A stretch of 37,416 nt of DNA from a virus (IMGVR_UViG_3300048851_000034:1-37416); one strand, 5' to 3'. Shown: positions 8,601 through 15,894, counted from the stretch's first letter. The notes: a model not told the origin generated them from the sequence alone. Made by a program: numbers and translations.

Positions 8601-9367
8601 CGTGACTGCAGTTTCTTGTCGGCATAGAGCCGCTGCAGGCCACGAAATTCGCCGTCGATATCGAACAAGGGAACGGCGACGAACTCGCCGTAATTGTCGC
8701 GCAGGCGCTTGATTTGGCAGTGGTCGACAATTGCCGCGATGCCCTTCGCCTGCAGGTAAGGCGCTGCACCGTCTTCGGCACCGAGGTCCTCGACGCTGTG
8801 CGTGATAATCACGCCATCACGATTTGCGCGAAAATCTGCGCGCCCGCCCTGGAACCACACTTGTTCATAGGCGGCGAACTCCTCGCGCTTTAGCTCGGCC
8901 TCCTCGCGTTCCTGGCGCTCGCGTGCTTCTTGCTCTGCAGCGCGTGCGGCCGCTTTGGCCTGCTGCTGAGCAAGCCAGCGCTGGTGCGCCTCGTCATTGA
9001 TCTGGCCGCCGTGGATCTTGTACAGCTCGACGAGCGCCGCGTAACCGTTCCAAGTGCTGGAGCCGTGGGCGTTGTGGTTGAAGGTGAGGAAAGGATATTC
9101 AAGGCCGCTTTGCGCGCGTTTGAGATCGCCCCACGCCATGACCTTGTTACGGGCCTTAGTCTCGAGGGTCTCGATTTTGCCGCGCCGCTTTACGTGCCGC
9201 TCGCCGTCGAGGCGAATGGTGCCGGCGAGGGATTCCCACTTGATCCCGACCTGAGCCGCGACGTCGGTGATTTCCGCGTGGCAGTAGTCAAGCAGGGCCT
9301 CGGGCCGTGAGTTGAATCGCTCCTGATAGAACGCGACCAGAGCGCTCTTGTTCGTGCTGTCCTTCAT
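5636..9367 (-). CDS. repA: RepA primase-helicase replication protein, ~1243 aa
   Basis: TOPRIM motifs FVEGFATGAS and AADND; Walker A APMGSGKT, Walker B LCIDEASQ, YSPAISSGVS; start placed at MKDSTNK (9367) because the upstream frame runs through repeats. Confidence 0.9.
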   Translation of the reverse strand: MKDSTNKSALVAFYQERFNSRPEALLDYCHAEITDVAAQVGIKWESLAGTIRLDGERHVKRRGKIETLETKARNKVMAWGDLKRAQSGLEYPFLTFNHNAHGSSTWNGYAALVELYKIHGGQINDEAHQRWLAQQQAKAAARAAEQEARERQEREEAELKREEFAAYEQVWFQGGRADFRANRDGVIITHSVEDLGAEDGAAPYLQAKGIAAIVDHCQIKRLRDNYGEFVAVPLFDIDGEFRGLQRLYADKKLQSRGTRMDGAHFIIGNRQRASRTYFVEGFATGASVYLAEREVGNNACVIITLSVDNLRHVMAAYGRRELLAETVNAADNDQWTRAGNAGLLAALDLHREYGRWAVMPDFSELPAEDLAAFAVKHKGPTDWNDYHVAFGLRATAKALRQRQVVKAEKDYFAFCLQRIAASGRNAETVARAAISAGMLLAPIKYTGAEVLERVLEALPAGHEFNLHKIRRQAVWLASRKMAEAQELRGFSAAGLARPNVSHLKIPGVRAAHGGVELPEHLADMVESLEGFIIVRAPMGSGKTEKLIAPVMASAPKAAYIAHRISLLDDAATRLNISHYQQVVTAEMPYVSHLACCVNSLTNPRFYNDDDRSWFTTVDTLCIDEASQVIRHTTTGPVESPVRVMDALLDAMASAKRVLLCDADANDSVIELCEMADPRRPITILEIDGTMEHVSVKFSDEESVWQKGLDLMLAGHRVMIASDSAEQAKKLAVMVEEQRPETKLLLVHADSKADPDVEAFLGNPSAEAVKYDVLIYSPAISSGVSMTLPHFQHHIGLFSGNTVGPSDAIQMLRRDRTARHYLIGIGHKSTQRPTEREAIWRGRLAADEMACELEETTDEVLLRRQKTAFDELYLSSVVTENRAKNNFANNLLMMLHADRYRVERVATDEELAKLARQNRKHAGGLVFERRMDLIESVETPTEEEFQRLDRMEVRSEREAAQIDRYQMENQLGISAITVDDVAFYDDRGIGKVVAMELLQATEDQARAFDKAQRRARVTLTKARFKAPARAFLRETLQTLGVDLGSGAGEFTVAACRAVLERIRATQQSLELYNALGLGKTVSAKGKCCATTLVQSILARLGLSVKKRKSNGGNKYRICEESWHFIMHYVENRAAMGVHSLATHEPASTHQPKPAASVEVSLEQDRDTLQSGGIAVDEKYPLELRDQAFAAARRSFKPVGTSLARLLGALAPEVMRDLASPEASASTIGFRLAYAERLFHQSQSV
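5821..5898. other. Candidate replication origin within the 3' end of repA
   Basis: Lower-GC patch with AGGGATACTT (5830), inverted AAGTGTCCCT (5869) and AGGGACACTT (5889). Confidence 0.45.
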
Positions 9368-9377
9368 TTTGCCCCAT

Positions 9378-9409
9378 GCGTAAAAACGCAAAAACGCAAA
9401 AACGCAAAA
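9378..9409. repeat. 8-bp-period array 2
   Basis: GCGTAAAA ACGCAAAA ACGCAAAA ACGCAAAA, adjacent to the repA start. Confidence 0.75.
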
Positions 9410-9551
9410 GCTTGACAGTCTGTCTCTGGTCACCAAAACTGATCGCTGAGTTGAGTGATTTCGCGTTAATTCGTAATGCCTGCCCGCTAAAACAGACATT
9501 ACTGAAGCAAAATCACTGTGCGATCGGGGTGACCCGTTGAGATCGTCAAGC
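9410..9551. ncRNA. Candidate structured RNA (long imperfect rod hairpin) in the repA leader
   Basis: Nested complementary blocks GCTTGAC/GTCAAGC, GGTCACC/GGTGACC, GATCGC/GCGATC, AGTGATTT/AAATCACT, GTAATG/CATTAC. Confidence 0.5.
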
Positions 9552-9553
9552 AG

Positions 9554-9591
9554 AAAGGCCGGGCCGGCAAAGCCCGGCCTTTTTGCTTTTT
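9554..9591 (+). terminator. Intrinsic terminator-like hairpin, stronger on the + strand
   Basis: AAAGGCCGGGC-cggcaaa-GCCCGGCCTTT followed by TTgcTTTTT. Confidence 0.75.
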
Positions 9592-9645
9592 GTCGTTCAA
9601 AAAAAGTTATAGGTGACTAGCGGTTCGCCGCCAGTCTAACCCTTT

Positions 9646-9658
9646 TATTCTCGGAATA
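9646..9658. promoter_or_regulatory. Candidate repressor operator upstream of repA
   Basis: TATTCTCGGAATA; the same core recurs at 10404, 10427 and 10436. Confidence 0.6.
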
Positions 9659-9677
9659 CCTATAGTCGGCACTCGGT

Positions 9678-10343
9678 TTACCTAATCATACCCCTCGCAA
9701 CCATCATCACCATACTGGTGACCACACCTATAACGGTGAATCCGTCATGTATCTCCATGGCCGGAATTTGAGGGTTAAGCGCTCGAAGGTAACGCCGTTC
9801 ACCGTCCGTCACCAGCTTTTTAAATGTGGGCTTGCCAGGGTCGGACTGATAGCCGACGACAAAGTCGCCTGGCAGCGCTTCTTGATAGGGCGCGACGAAT
9901 ATCAGCGAGCCCAGCGGAAAAGTGGGGCCAGCCGGGGCGTGCATTGAGTCGTCGAGCAGGCGCAGATAAAAGCCCCCTGAGACGCCAGGCGCCATAGGAA
10001 CGAATAGCTGTGTGCCGCCTGAAAGCCGCTTTAAATCAGGGTTTTGCGCCCAATCGTGGGCCATTTCCCAAGGGATAACAGGGACTGAACTGACCGTCTC
10101 GGTCGGGCCTGTTTGCACGTACCCGTCGACGCTCTCGGTTATGAGCTGGTCGATCGTTGTGCCGAGTGCCTGCGCGATGGCGTGCGCCTTGTCGACGCTA
10201 GGTGATGAAACTCCGTTTTCTATGTCGCTCAAGTATCCGTTGCCCACGGCGCCATGGGCGACGTCGCAGACTTTTTGCAGGCTCCAGCCGAGTGCGCGGC
10301 GGTGGCGGCGTACTGCTGGGCCGATGGTGATTTTTGCGGGCAT
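9678..10343 (-). CDS. cI: Lambda CI / N15 CB-like repressor (HTH + S24 domain), 221 aa
   Basis: HTH YLSDIENG; DDSMHAPAGPTFPLGSLIFVAP and PTFKKL (Ser133/Lys175); RBS GGAGGAG before ATG 10343. Confidence 0.9.
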   Translation of the reverse strand: MPAKITIGPAVRRHRRALGWSLQKVCDVAHGAVGNGYLSDIENGVSSPSVDKAHAIAQALGTTIDQLITESVDGYVQTGPTETVSSVPVIPWEMAHDWAQNPDLKRLSGGTQLFVPMAPGVSGGFYLRLLDDSMHAPAGPTFPLGSLIFVAPYQEALPGDFVVGYQSDPGKPTFKKLVTDGERRYLRALNPQIPAMEIHDGFTVIGVVTSMVMMVARGMIR

Positions 10344-10403
10344 GACGTCTCCTCCGTCCGTGGCGACATTGTCCACTCTGTATCCAGAATAAGACACGTA
10401 AGT

Positions 10404-10446
10404 ATCCCGAGAGTTTCTTGCTTTTTTTTCTCGGAATGCCGAGAAT
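10404..10446 (+). promoter_or_regulatory. PR-like early promoter with three operator-like sites
   Basis: TTGCTT(10418)-17 bp-GAGAAT(10441); ATCCCGAGAGT, TTTCTCGGAAT, ATGCCGAGAAT. Confidence 0.6.
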
Positions 10447-10486
10447 GTGGACACATCCACATTCACCCTTTTTCGGTGTAGTCGCC

Positions 10487-11086
10487 ATGCCAGGCAGAAA
10501 CGAAACGGAAGTCGTGCTTAGCCACACGGCTCGATGGTTCCAAAATTCAGAATGGTCCCTCGAGCGCTTTGCCCATGAGCTGCTCGCTCCGGCATTGGCC
10601 GCGGTCAAGCTAATCGAGCCAGTCACTGACCCGCTCGAGGTCGACGCTTATCTGCGCCAGCGCAAGGCGTGGGGGATGCGTATTTCGCGGATTTTTCATG
10701 GCACGCAGCCTTTTCCGATGGAATGGAAGTGGGCATGGATCTCCCGGGTCCCTGATCCTTTCAAGCGCGACATGCTCGACGACCTGCTGGCATTGGCCGG
10801 TTGCCTAAATGTCCCTATTCCTGAGATCCGCCCGATCGCCGGCGTCAAAGCAACTGCTGCCCGTATGGGCGACGTTCTGGTCGAGTTCGGCGAGTTCGTT
10901 GCCGCCTCGGCGGTGCCTGCTGGTGATGGTCACTACAGTCGCCAGGATTGCCCGACTGCTGTGCGCGAAATGCTCGACAAGGGCATGGACGCTGTGCAGG
11001 CGCTGTTCGCAGAGCTGCAGGCGCTAGCCAGCGGCTCGGGCTCCGAGTTGCCCGTGCTGGATCTGTTCAGGGGGGTGCGGCCATGA
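10487..11086 (+). CDS. Early gene at the cro position, putative regulator, 199 aa
   Basis: First ORF divergent from cI; ATGA-coupled to the next gene; family not securely recognised. Confidence 0.65.
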   Translation: MPGRNETEVVLSHTARWFQNSEWSLERFAHELLAPALAAVKLIEPVTDPLEVDAYLRQRKAWGMRISRIFHGTQPFPMEWKWAWISRVPDPFKRDMLDDLLALAGCLNVPIPEIRPIAGVKATAARMGDVLVEFGEFVAASAVPAGDGHYSRQDCPTAVREMLDKGMDAVQALFAELQALASGSGSELPVLDLFRGVRP

Positions 11087-11376
11087 GCAAGCCCCGTTCC
11101 GACAAGGTCCGCGCGCAAGACGCTGCCCGCCAACGTGCGGCCACTGATCGCAAGGCGCAGCGCGCCGCTGAGCTCGGGTCCCGCTCGATCAAGGGCGAGA
11201 TCTACAAGGCTACCAGCGACGCCCTGGTGCGGATCGCTGAGCTCGCCGGCTGCGAGGAGGAGATCGAGATAATCGCCAACCTGATCGCCCGCGCTGATGA
11301 ATTGGCCGCGCGTGATCCTCACGCCTTCGCCGCCCTGACTTCTCATAAAACGTTGCCCGAGGTGTGGCATGGCTGA
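11083..11376 (+). CDS. Hypothetical early protein, 97 aa
   Basis: MSKPRSDKVRAQDAARQR...; ATGA overlap; G-rich RBS. Confidence 0.7.
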   Translation: MSKPRSDKVRAQDAARQRAATDRKAQRAAELGSRSIKGEIYKATSDALVRIAELAGCEEEIEIIANLIARADELAARDPHAFAALTSHKTLPEVWHG

Positions 11377-11620
11377 TTGGCTGAAAGTGTTCCGCATGGG
11401 CGAGCGACAAACCGTCCTCGCCATCAATGAGCTACCCGCCGGCGGCAGTGTCCCGGCGATTCGTCTGGAAGCGCGCCTTATGGGTCGTCGCATGGAACAG
11501 ACTTACACTTTCGCCAGCCAGGCCGAGGCCGATAGCGAGTTCGCGCTGATGGGTAGCCGTGCCGCGCGCCGGTGGGTCATAGAGGCAAGCCTCAAGCTCT
11601 GCGAGGTGGCCCATGCCTGA
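11369..11620 (+). CDS. Hypothetical protein, 83 aa
   Basis: RBS GAGGT; overlaps both neighbours. Confidence 0.7.
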   Translation: MADWLKVFRMGERQTVLAINELPAGGSVPAIRLEARLMGRRMEQTYTFASQAEADSEFALMGSRAARRWVIEASLKLCEVAHA

Positions 11621-11855
11621 CGCCGCCGACCGCATGGTCGACCTGCAGCTCGACATTGGCGCCGCCTTCACGGACCAGCGCGCCGCTGCAGCGATCGCCC
11701 GGGGCGCTGCCCTGGCGTTCCGTCCCACCCGCGGCAATTGCGAGCAGTGTGGTTTCGATATCGGCTACGAGCGCCTCCGGGCGCAGCCCTACGCGCGCAC
11801 CTGCATCGTCTGCCAGACCAAAATCGAGCGGGGAGATATTCGTGTCCGCCACTGA
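11613..11855 (+). CDS. TraR/DksA C4 zinc-finger protein, 80 aa
   Basis: N-terminal MPDAAD; CEQCGFDIGYERLRAQPYARTCIVCQ. Confidence 0.85.
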   Translation: MPDAADRMVDLQLDIGAAFTDQRAAAAIARGAALAFRPTRGNCEQCGFDIGYERLRAQPYARTCIVCQTKIERGDIRVRH

Positions 11856-12711
11856 GCCCCTATCCATCGGCTACAAGGCCCCGGCCGGCGCGCTGCAGTG
11901 TGCGCCTGACGCCTTTGTATACGTTCCCCTGGTGCTGGATCAGCCTAAACCTGTTCCAGCGCGCCGCGCGCCGCGTCGTCGTCCTGGGCAGATCGAGGCG
12001 CAGGATCTCGGCAATATGCGAGATCTCGTCCTCGGCGCGTTCCTGGGTCCCCAGCACTACCGCGAGGACGATGGCACCTATGTCGCCCCCTACACCACCG
12101 AACGCCTGAAAGGCGAATTTATCCCGGCGGATATGCTCGAGGAGCGTGCGCAGTGCCAGGCCGATGACGGCCAAGTAACTCGCCTGCCGAAAGCCTACGT
12201 GGCCGCCCTGGCCAAAGGAACGACACGCGTGATCGCCAGCGAGACTCGGCCCAAGAAAAAGAGCGCCATTCCCCTCGGCCCCCTCGCTTTCCAAGACGCT
12301 CGCGTCGCGCGGGAAGTCGGCCAGATCGAAACCGAGCAAGGCCAGTGGCTGCGCTACGCCTACGGAGATTCGACCGCGTGGGATGACGAGGCCGGGGTCG
12401 TCTGCGCGCTGTGGGCACGCGTCGAGCCTCTCCTCGGCAAGCTGCAGGCCAAAACGCACGGCCGCGCCCGCTCCCTGATTCACCTGGCCGTACAGAACGG
12501 CAAGGCTCGCCATAACAGCGGCAAGGTGCTGCACGGCGGCCCGCGCCTGGCCGAGCTGATGAAAGTCACCGAGACGAACTGGCGCCAGCATTGGGCGCCG
12601 CGGTGGGACCTTATGGCCGCCGAGCTGGACAAGATCGACCGCGAGGCTCTGCGCGCCCTGGCGGCTCGCCTCGATGGCTATGACTACGTGCTGATTGATC
12701 GCGGTATCTAA
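11842..12711 (+). CDS. Q: Late antiterminator Q (phage 82 Q-like), ~289 aa
   Basis: WLRYAY...LIHLAVQ...LAELMKVTETNWRQHW..RW pattern; upstream of a pR'-like promoter; GTG start with GGGAGA RBS. Confidence 0.75.
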   Translation: MSATEPLSIGYKAPAGALQCAPDAFVYVPLVLDQPKPVPARRAPRRRPGQIEAQDLGNMRDLVLGAFLGPQHYREDDGTYVAPYTTERLKGEFIPADMLEERAQCQADDGQVTRLPKAYVAALAKGTTRVIASETRPKKKSAIPLGPLAFQDARVAREVGQIETEQGQWLRYAYGDSTAWDDEAGVVCALWARVEPLLGKLQAKTHGRARSLIHLAVQNGKARHNSGKVLHGGPRLAELMKVTETNWRQHWAPRWDLMAAELDKIDREALRALAARLDGYDYVLIDRGI

Positions 12712-12723
12712 GAGGGCTAGACC

Positions 12724-13023
12724 ATGCTGCAACTGTTAAAACGACTGTTCAAACGTCCCAAAGCCATCGCTGCAAAGGAGCCAGTTGCCTGGCCTCGAGG
12801 ATCGGGGTCGGTCTCGGCCCGCCCCTCGAGCAGTTCGCCGGCGCCGTATCACGTCGACCCGCTCGGCTACGGCATGGCGCACAATCAGGCGTGGGAGGCG
12901 CCGAGCTCGCACGAATCGAGCCGGCATCACGACTGCTCGAGCGGTTCGAGTGGTAGCGATTCATCGAGCTCGAGCAGCTCCTGCGATTCGTCGAGCTCGA
13001 GCAGCTCGAGCGATACCTACTGA
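12724..13023 (+). CDS. Ser-rich hypothetical protein, 99 aa
   Basis: RBS GAGGG; amphipathic N-terminus; poly-Ser tail encoded by TCGAGC repeats; TGATG coupling. Confidence 0.65.
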   Translation: MLQLLKRLFKRPKAIAAKEPVAWPRGSGSVSARPSSSSPAPYHVDPLGYGMAHNQAWEAPSSHESSRHHDCSSGSSGSDSSSSSSSCDSSSSSSSSDTY

Positions 13024-13319
13024 TGGACGCTTGCGTGCATTGCGGCACCGCTCCCGAGGAGCGGCATGACGTGTCCACCAAGCGCACGCTGGTGATCTGT
13101 CTCGGCTGCAAGGCGCGCGGCGAGGCGGCCGCCACCAAGGGTCGCGCCTGGCACACTTGGCGCGTCGTGAATGACCCCGAGTTGCCGCGTTATCAGGGAG
13201 CCCACCGGCCTCGCTTTCGTCAGAAGGGTGGCCGCTGGCAGTGGTACGTTGGCACGGCTGTCGGCGGTCTGATTGCGACGCTCGAGGGTGCTGTGGCTGA
13301 ATACGCGACGCGCGGTTAG
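13023..13319 (+). CDS. Zinc-finger protein, Lar (restriction alleviation)-like, 98 aa
   Basis: CVHCG...VICLGCKARG...AWHTW resembles the Lar pattern CxxCG...CxxCxAxG...W. Confidence 0.5.
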   Translation: MDACVHCGTAPEERHDVSTKRTLVICLGCKARGEAAATKGRAWHTWRVVNDPELPRYQGAHRPRFRQKGGRWQWYVGTAVGGLIATLEGAVAEYATRG

Positions 13320-13326
13320 GCGCTGC

Positions 13327-13366
13327 CCGCAAATACGCAAATACGCAAATACGCTTTTACGCTGAG
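13327..13366. repeat. 8-bp-period array 3
   Basis: CCGCAAAT ACGCAAAT ACGCAAAT ACGCTTTT ACGCTGAG. Confidence 0.7.
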
Positions 13367-13373
13367 GTATGGC

Positions 13374-13637
13374 ATGACTGGTTTGCATGATGGCTCGCCC
13401 GTTCCGGCACCAATGTCCGCGAAAGAGTGGGCAGACACGCACCGGCGAATAGACCCGGCGGCGGCAATGCCGGCTCGCCCCATTCCTGGGCCTGGCTGGC
13501 TCGACGACGACACGCCATGCGCTTGTTCGAGGTCGCGGGTCAAGTCGCTTGGCCATTATTGGGACGGTCGAATTGCGGATAGCGTGCTGAGCTCCGATTC
13601 CGCCATGGCGGTCTATGTTTTCGACGCAAAAGCGTAA
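13374..13637 (+). CDS. Hypothetical protein, 87 aa
   Basis: RBS GAGGT; lies between arrays 3 and 4. Confidence 0.5.
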   Translation: MTGLHDGSPVPAPMSAKEWADTHRRIDPAAAMPARPIPGPGWLDDDTPCACSRSRVKSLGHYWDGRIADSVLSSDSAMAVYVFDAKA

Positions 13638-13655
13638 ATGCGTAAAGCCGTAAAA
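13624..13655. repeat. 8-bp-period array 4
   Basis: ACGCAAAA GCGTAAAT GCGTAAAG CCGTAAAA, 5 bp before the late -35 box. Confidence 0.7.
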
Positions 13656-13660
13656 AGGGC

Positions 13661-13689
13661 TTGCAAAAGTAACGCTATCTCTGTAAATT
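13661..13689 (+). promoter_or_regulatory. pR'-like late promoter
   Basis: TTGCAA-17 bp-TAAATT followed shortly by terminators, then the holin gene. Confidence 0.75.
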
Positions 13690-13732
13690 TCACATTCTGC
13701 GATATATACGCATAGGCGCAATACATTCACTC

Positions 13733-13758
13733 AAAGCCCGCCCCGAGCGGGTTTTTTT
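13733..13758 (+). terminator. tR'-like terminator 1
   Basis: AGCCCGC-cccga-GCGGG-T7. Confidence 0.8.
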
Positions 13759-13799
13759 GTGCCTGTCATTCAGCCAGCCGCGCCCTGGCACCCCTTCCC

Positions 13800-13825
13800 A
13801 AGCCCTGCACCCTGCGGGGCTTTTT
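13800..13825 (+). terminator. tR'-like terminator 2
   Basis: AGCCCTGCA-loop-TGCGGGGC-T5. Confidence 0.7.
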
Positions 13826-13841
13826 CATTTCTGGTGACTCG

Positions 13842-14090
13842 ATGGACGCCAACAAAATACAGCCGTTAGCCGAGCTGGGCGCCACCGAGGGCGCCAAGCT
13901 GGTGCCGGGCATCGCTGCCTTTTCTGTATACGGCCTGACCCTGGAGAAATGGGCGCTACTGCTGCCTGTTTTGTACTACGTCTGCCTCCTGCTGGATCTG
14001 GTGTTTCGGCGCTGGATCTGGCCGCTCGCCGTGCTGCTGCGCGATCGCAATAAGCCTGCCCCCGAGGTGCTGCCCGATGACGTTGATTAA
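13842..14090 (+). CDS. Putative holin, 82 aa
   Basis: Hydrophobic segments, YGLTLEKWALL, charged C-terminus; precedes the endolysin. Confidence 0.7.
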   Translation: MDANKIQPLAELGATEGAKLVPGIAAFSVYGLTLEKWALLLPVLYYVCLLLDLVFRRWIWPLAVLLRDRNKPAPEVLPDDVD

Positions 14091-14625
14091 ACGGATTGTC
14101 ACGGCCGTCACCCTGTCGCTGGCCGCGGCAGGCTTCACAGTAAACGAGACGGGCCTGCCGGCGCCGGTCGAGCGGGTGGCCATCCTGGCCGGCCTGGCAG
14201 TCCTCACGCCGGAAATGGAAGGAACCGAGTTCGAGGCTTACCCCGACACGGGAGGCGTCTGGACGATCTGCACGGGCCATACCGGCGGCGTCCGCCCTGG
14301 CGACGTCGCGACGGTCGAGGAGTGCGCCGCGTACCTCGAGGCTGATCTCGGCGCCACGGTCGATTTCGTCATGCGATCGTTTCCTCGGGCAACCATCTGG
14401 CAAAAAATTGCCGTCGCTGACTTCGCCTACAACGTCGGCATTTCTGCCGTCGTTCGTTCCACCTTGTACCGGCTGACCGTTGCCGGCAACTACAGCGCGG
14501 CCGCTGAGCAGTTCCGGCGCTGGGTGTACGTCGCCGGACGTGACTGCCGCCACGCCTCGAGTAATTGCTCGGGCATCCCTAATCGCCGCGAGCTGCAGCG
14601 CGCTTTGTTTCTGGTGGGCAAATGA
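14077..14625 (+). CDS. GH24 lysozyme endolysin with SAR-like N-terminus, 182 aa
   Basis: E-8aa-D-5aa-T triad in EGTEFEAYPDTGGVWTICTGHT; FAYNVG. Confidence 0.92.
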   Translation: MTLIKRIVTAVTLSLAAAGFTVNETGLPAPVERVAILAGLAVLTPEMEGTEFEAYPDTGGVWTICTGHTGGVRPGDVATVEECAAYLEADLGATVDFVMRSFPRATIWQKIAVADFAYNVGISAVVRSTLYRLTVAGNYSAAAEQFRRWVYVAGRDCRHASSNCSGIPNRRELQRALFLVGK

Positions 14626-15149
14626 GAATCCGAATTTTTGGATGGCTGGCCGTGTTGCTCGCTGCCTGCCTGTTGGTCCTGGTCGGTTACGTCAAGGGCG
14701 CCAGCGATGAGCAGGCGAGCCAGCGCGAAACCGATGCCAAGCAAATGCGCCAGGCGTTCGAGCAGGGCCAGGCGTTCGGCACCGTCCGCGACGTCGTCGT
14801 CAAGCAGTACGTCGACCGTGTGCAGGTCGTGAAAGAAGCTGCGAAAACCATCATTAAAGAGGTGCCCGTCTATGTTTCCAAGGAATCCGACGCTCACTGT
14901 GCTGTGCCTGTTGGCTTTGTCCGGCTGCACGACGCAGCAGCCGCAGCAGCCGCAAATGTGCCTCCCGTGGCCAGTCCCGCCGGCGTCCCTAATGACGCCC
15001 GCTCGGGAATTGCGCTCTCTACCGTTGCCGGCACCGTCGCCGACAACTACGAATCAGCCCACCTCAACGCCGAGCAGCTAAAAGCGCTGCAGCAGTGGGC
15101 GCGTGATATTCACGCGATCGCTACCGGAAACGCTCCCGAAAAAAAGTGA
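14622..15149 (+). CDS. i-spanin (Rz-like), 175 aa
   Basis: N-terminal transmembrane segment; IIKEVPVYV..C.VPVGFVRLHDAAA. Confidence 0.8.
   Translation: MRIRIFGWLAVLLAACLLVLVGYVKGASDEQASQRETDAKQMRQAFEQGQAFGTVRDVVVKQYVDRVQVVKEAAKTIIKEVPVYVSKESDAHCAVPVGFVRLHDAAAAAAANVPPVASPAGVPNDARSGIALSTVAGTVADNYESAHLNAEQLKALQQWARDIHAIATGNAPEKK
14872..15081 (+). CDS. o-spanin (Rz1-like lipoprotein) embedded in Rz, 69 aa
   Basis: Signal peptide with lipobox LSGC; Pro-rich; +1 frame inside Rz. Confidence 0.75.
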   Translation: MFPRNPTLTVLCLLALSGCTTQQPQQPQMCLPWPVPPASLMTPARELRSLPLPAPSPTTTNQPTSTPSS

Positions 15150-15225
15150 CCGCCTGCGGGGATTTCTCGAAGCGGGTCGTTATAACAAGGTGCGGCACTG
15201 TCGCCTCGAAGGTTGAAAAAGCACG

Positions 15226-15810
15226 ATGAACCACGAACAGAAAATCGAAAGCATCCTCACCGATCTCGGCCTCACTGCGCCGCGCATCACGCCTGCGATG
15301 ATCGACGAGCTCATGCGCCAAGTGACGTATTCGACGAGCCTGGTTTCGGGAACCACGACCACGCTGGCCACCGCGATCGATGGCTCGGGCTTCACGCTTT
15401 GCACCGTGGCCAGCGCCAGTGCCAGCCCTGAGAACTTCAACCCGGCATTGGGCATTGAGATCGCTATCACCAAGGCGCGCGCCGAGGCCCGGGAAAAGCT
15501 GTGGGAGCTCGAGGGCTACCGCCTCAAGCGTGCGCTACACGACGCCCGTCACAGCACCTCAACCATGGCGCTCGAGCAGATCCGCACCGTGCTCGGCCGC
15601 ACGCAGCCTGGCAACGCGGGCAGCCACACGCACGACGCCCGCCTGTACGCCGGCGTCAGTGACGAGGCTACCGCGGCGCAGCCGGCGGCCTCGCTCTTGC
15701 TGACAGCAGCAAAGACTCTGGCCCTCGAGGTCGAAGCTACCGCCGCCGGCATTGCCAACGGCACGCGCTGCTCGGCGGCCTGCAAGTGCTCGCGCCACCG
15801 CCCGGCCTGA
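15226..15810 (+). CDS. N4 Gp49 / Sf6 gp66 family protein, 194 aa
   Basis: APRIT...GF...SASASPENFNPALG..IA...KLWELEGYRLK. Confidence 0.8.
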   Translation: MNHEQKIESILTDLGLTAPRITPAMIDELMRQVTYSTSLVSGTTTTLATAIDGSGFTLCTVASASASPENFNPALGIEIAITKARAEAREKLWELEGYRLKRALHDARHSTSTMALEQIRTVLGRTQPGNAGSHTHDARLYAGVSDEATAAQPAASLLLTAAKTLALEVEATAAGIANGTRCSAACKCSRHRPA

Positions 15811-15847
15811 CCCCACGCACCAACCCGGTGCGTCGGCCCCGGGTTTT

Positions 15848-15894
15848 GGGTCCTCCCCCGCCCCTCCCCCCTTCACGGGGCGAAACACCGCGGG
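15848..15894 (+). other. Lambda-like cos site (cosQ + cosN)
   Basis: GGGTCCT(15848)-23 bp ending ACG-GGGCGAAACAC-CGCGGG; upstream of the small terminase. Confidence 0.75.

Noticed and set aside
9368-9499. 44-aa N-terminal extension of RepA
   Set aside because: Runs through array 2 and the hairpin; the ATG at 9367 is more plausible
10378-10393. Second SOS box near cI (CTGTATCCAGAATAAG)
   Set aside because: Right half-site is TAAG, not ACAG; CTGT hits at 703 and 13681 also lack the right half
10344-10466. N-terminal extension of the repressor
   Set aside because: Covers the operator/promoter region; strong RBS precedes ATG 10343
11572-11841. Long upstream start for Q
   Set aside because: Overlaps the clear TraR-like gene in another frame
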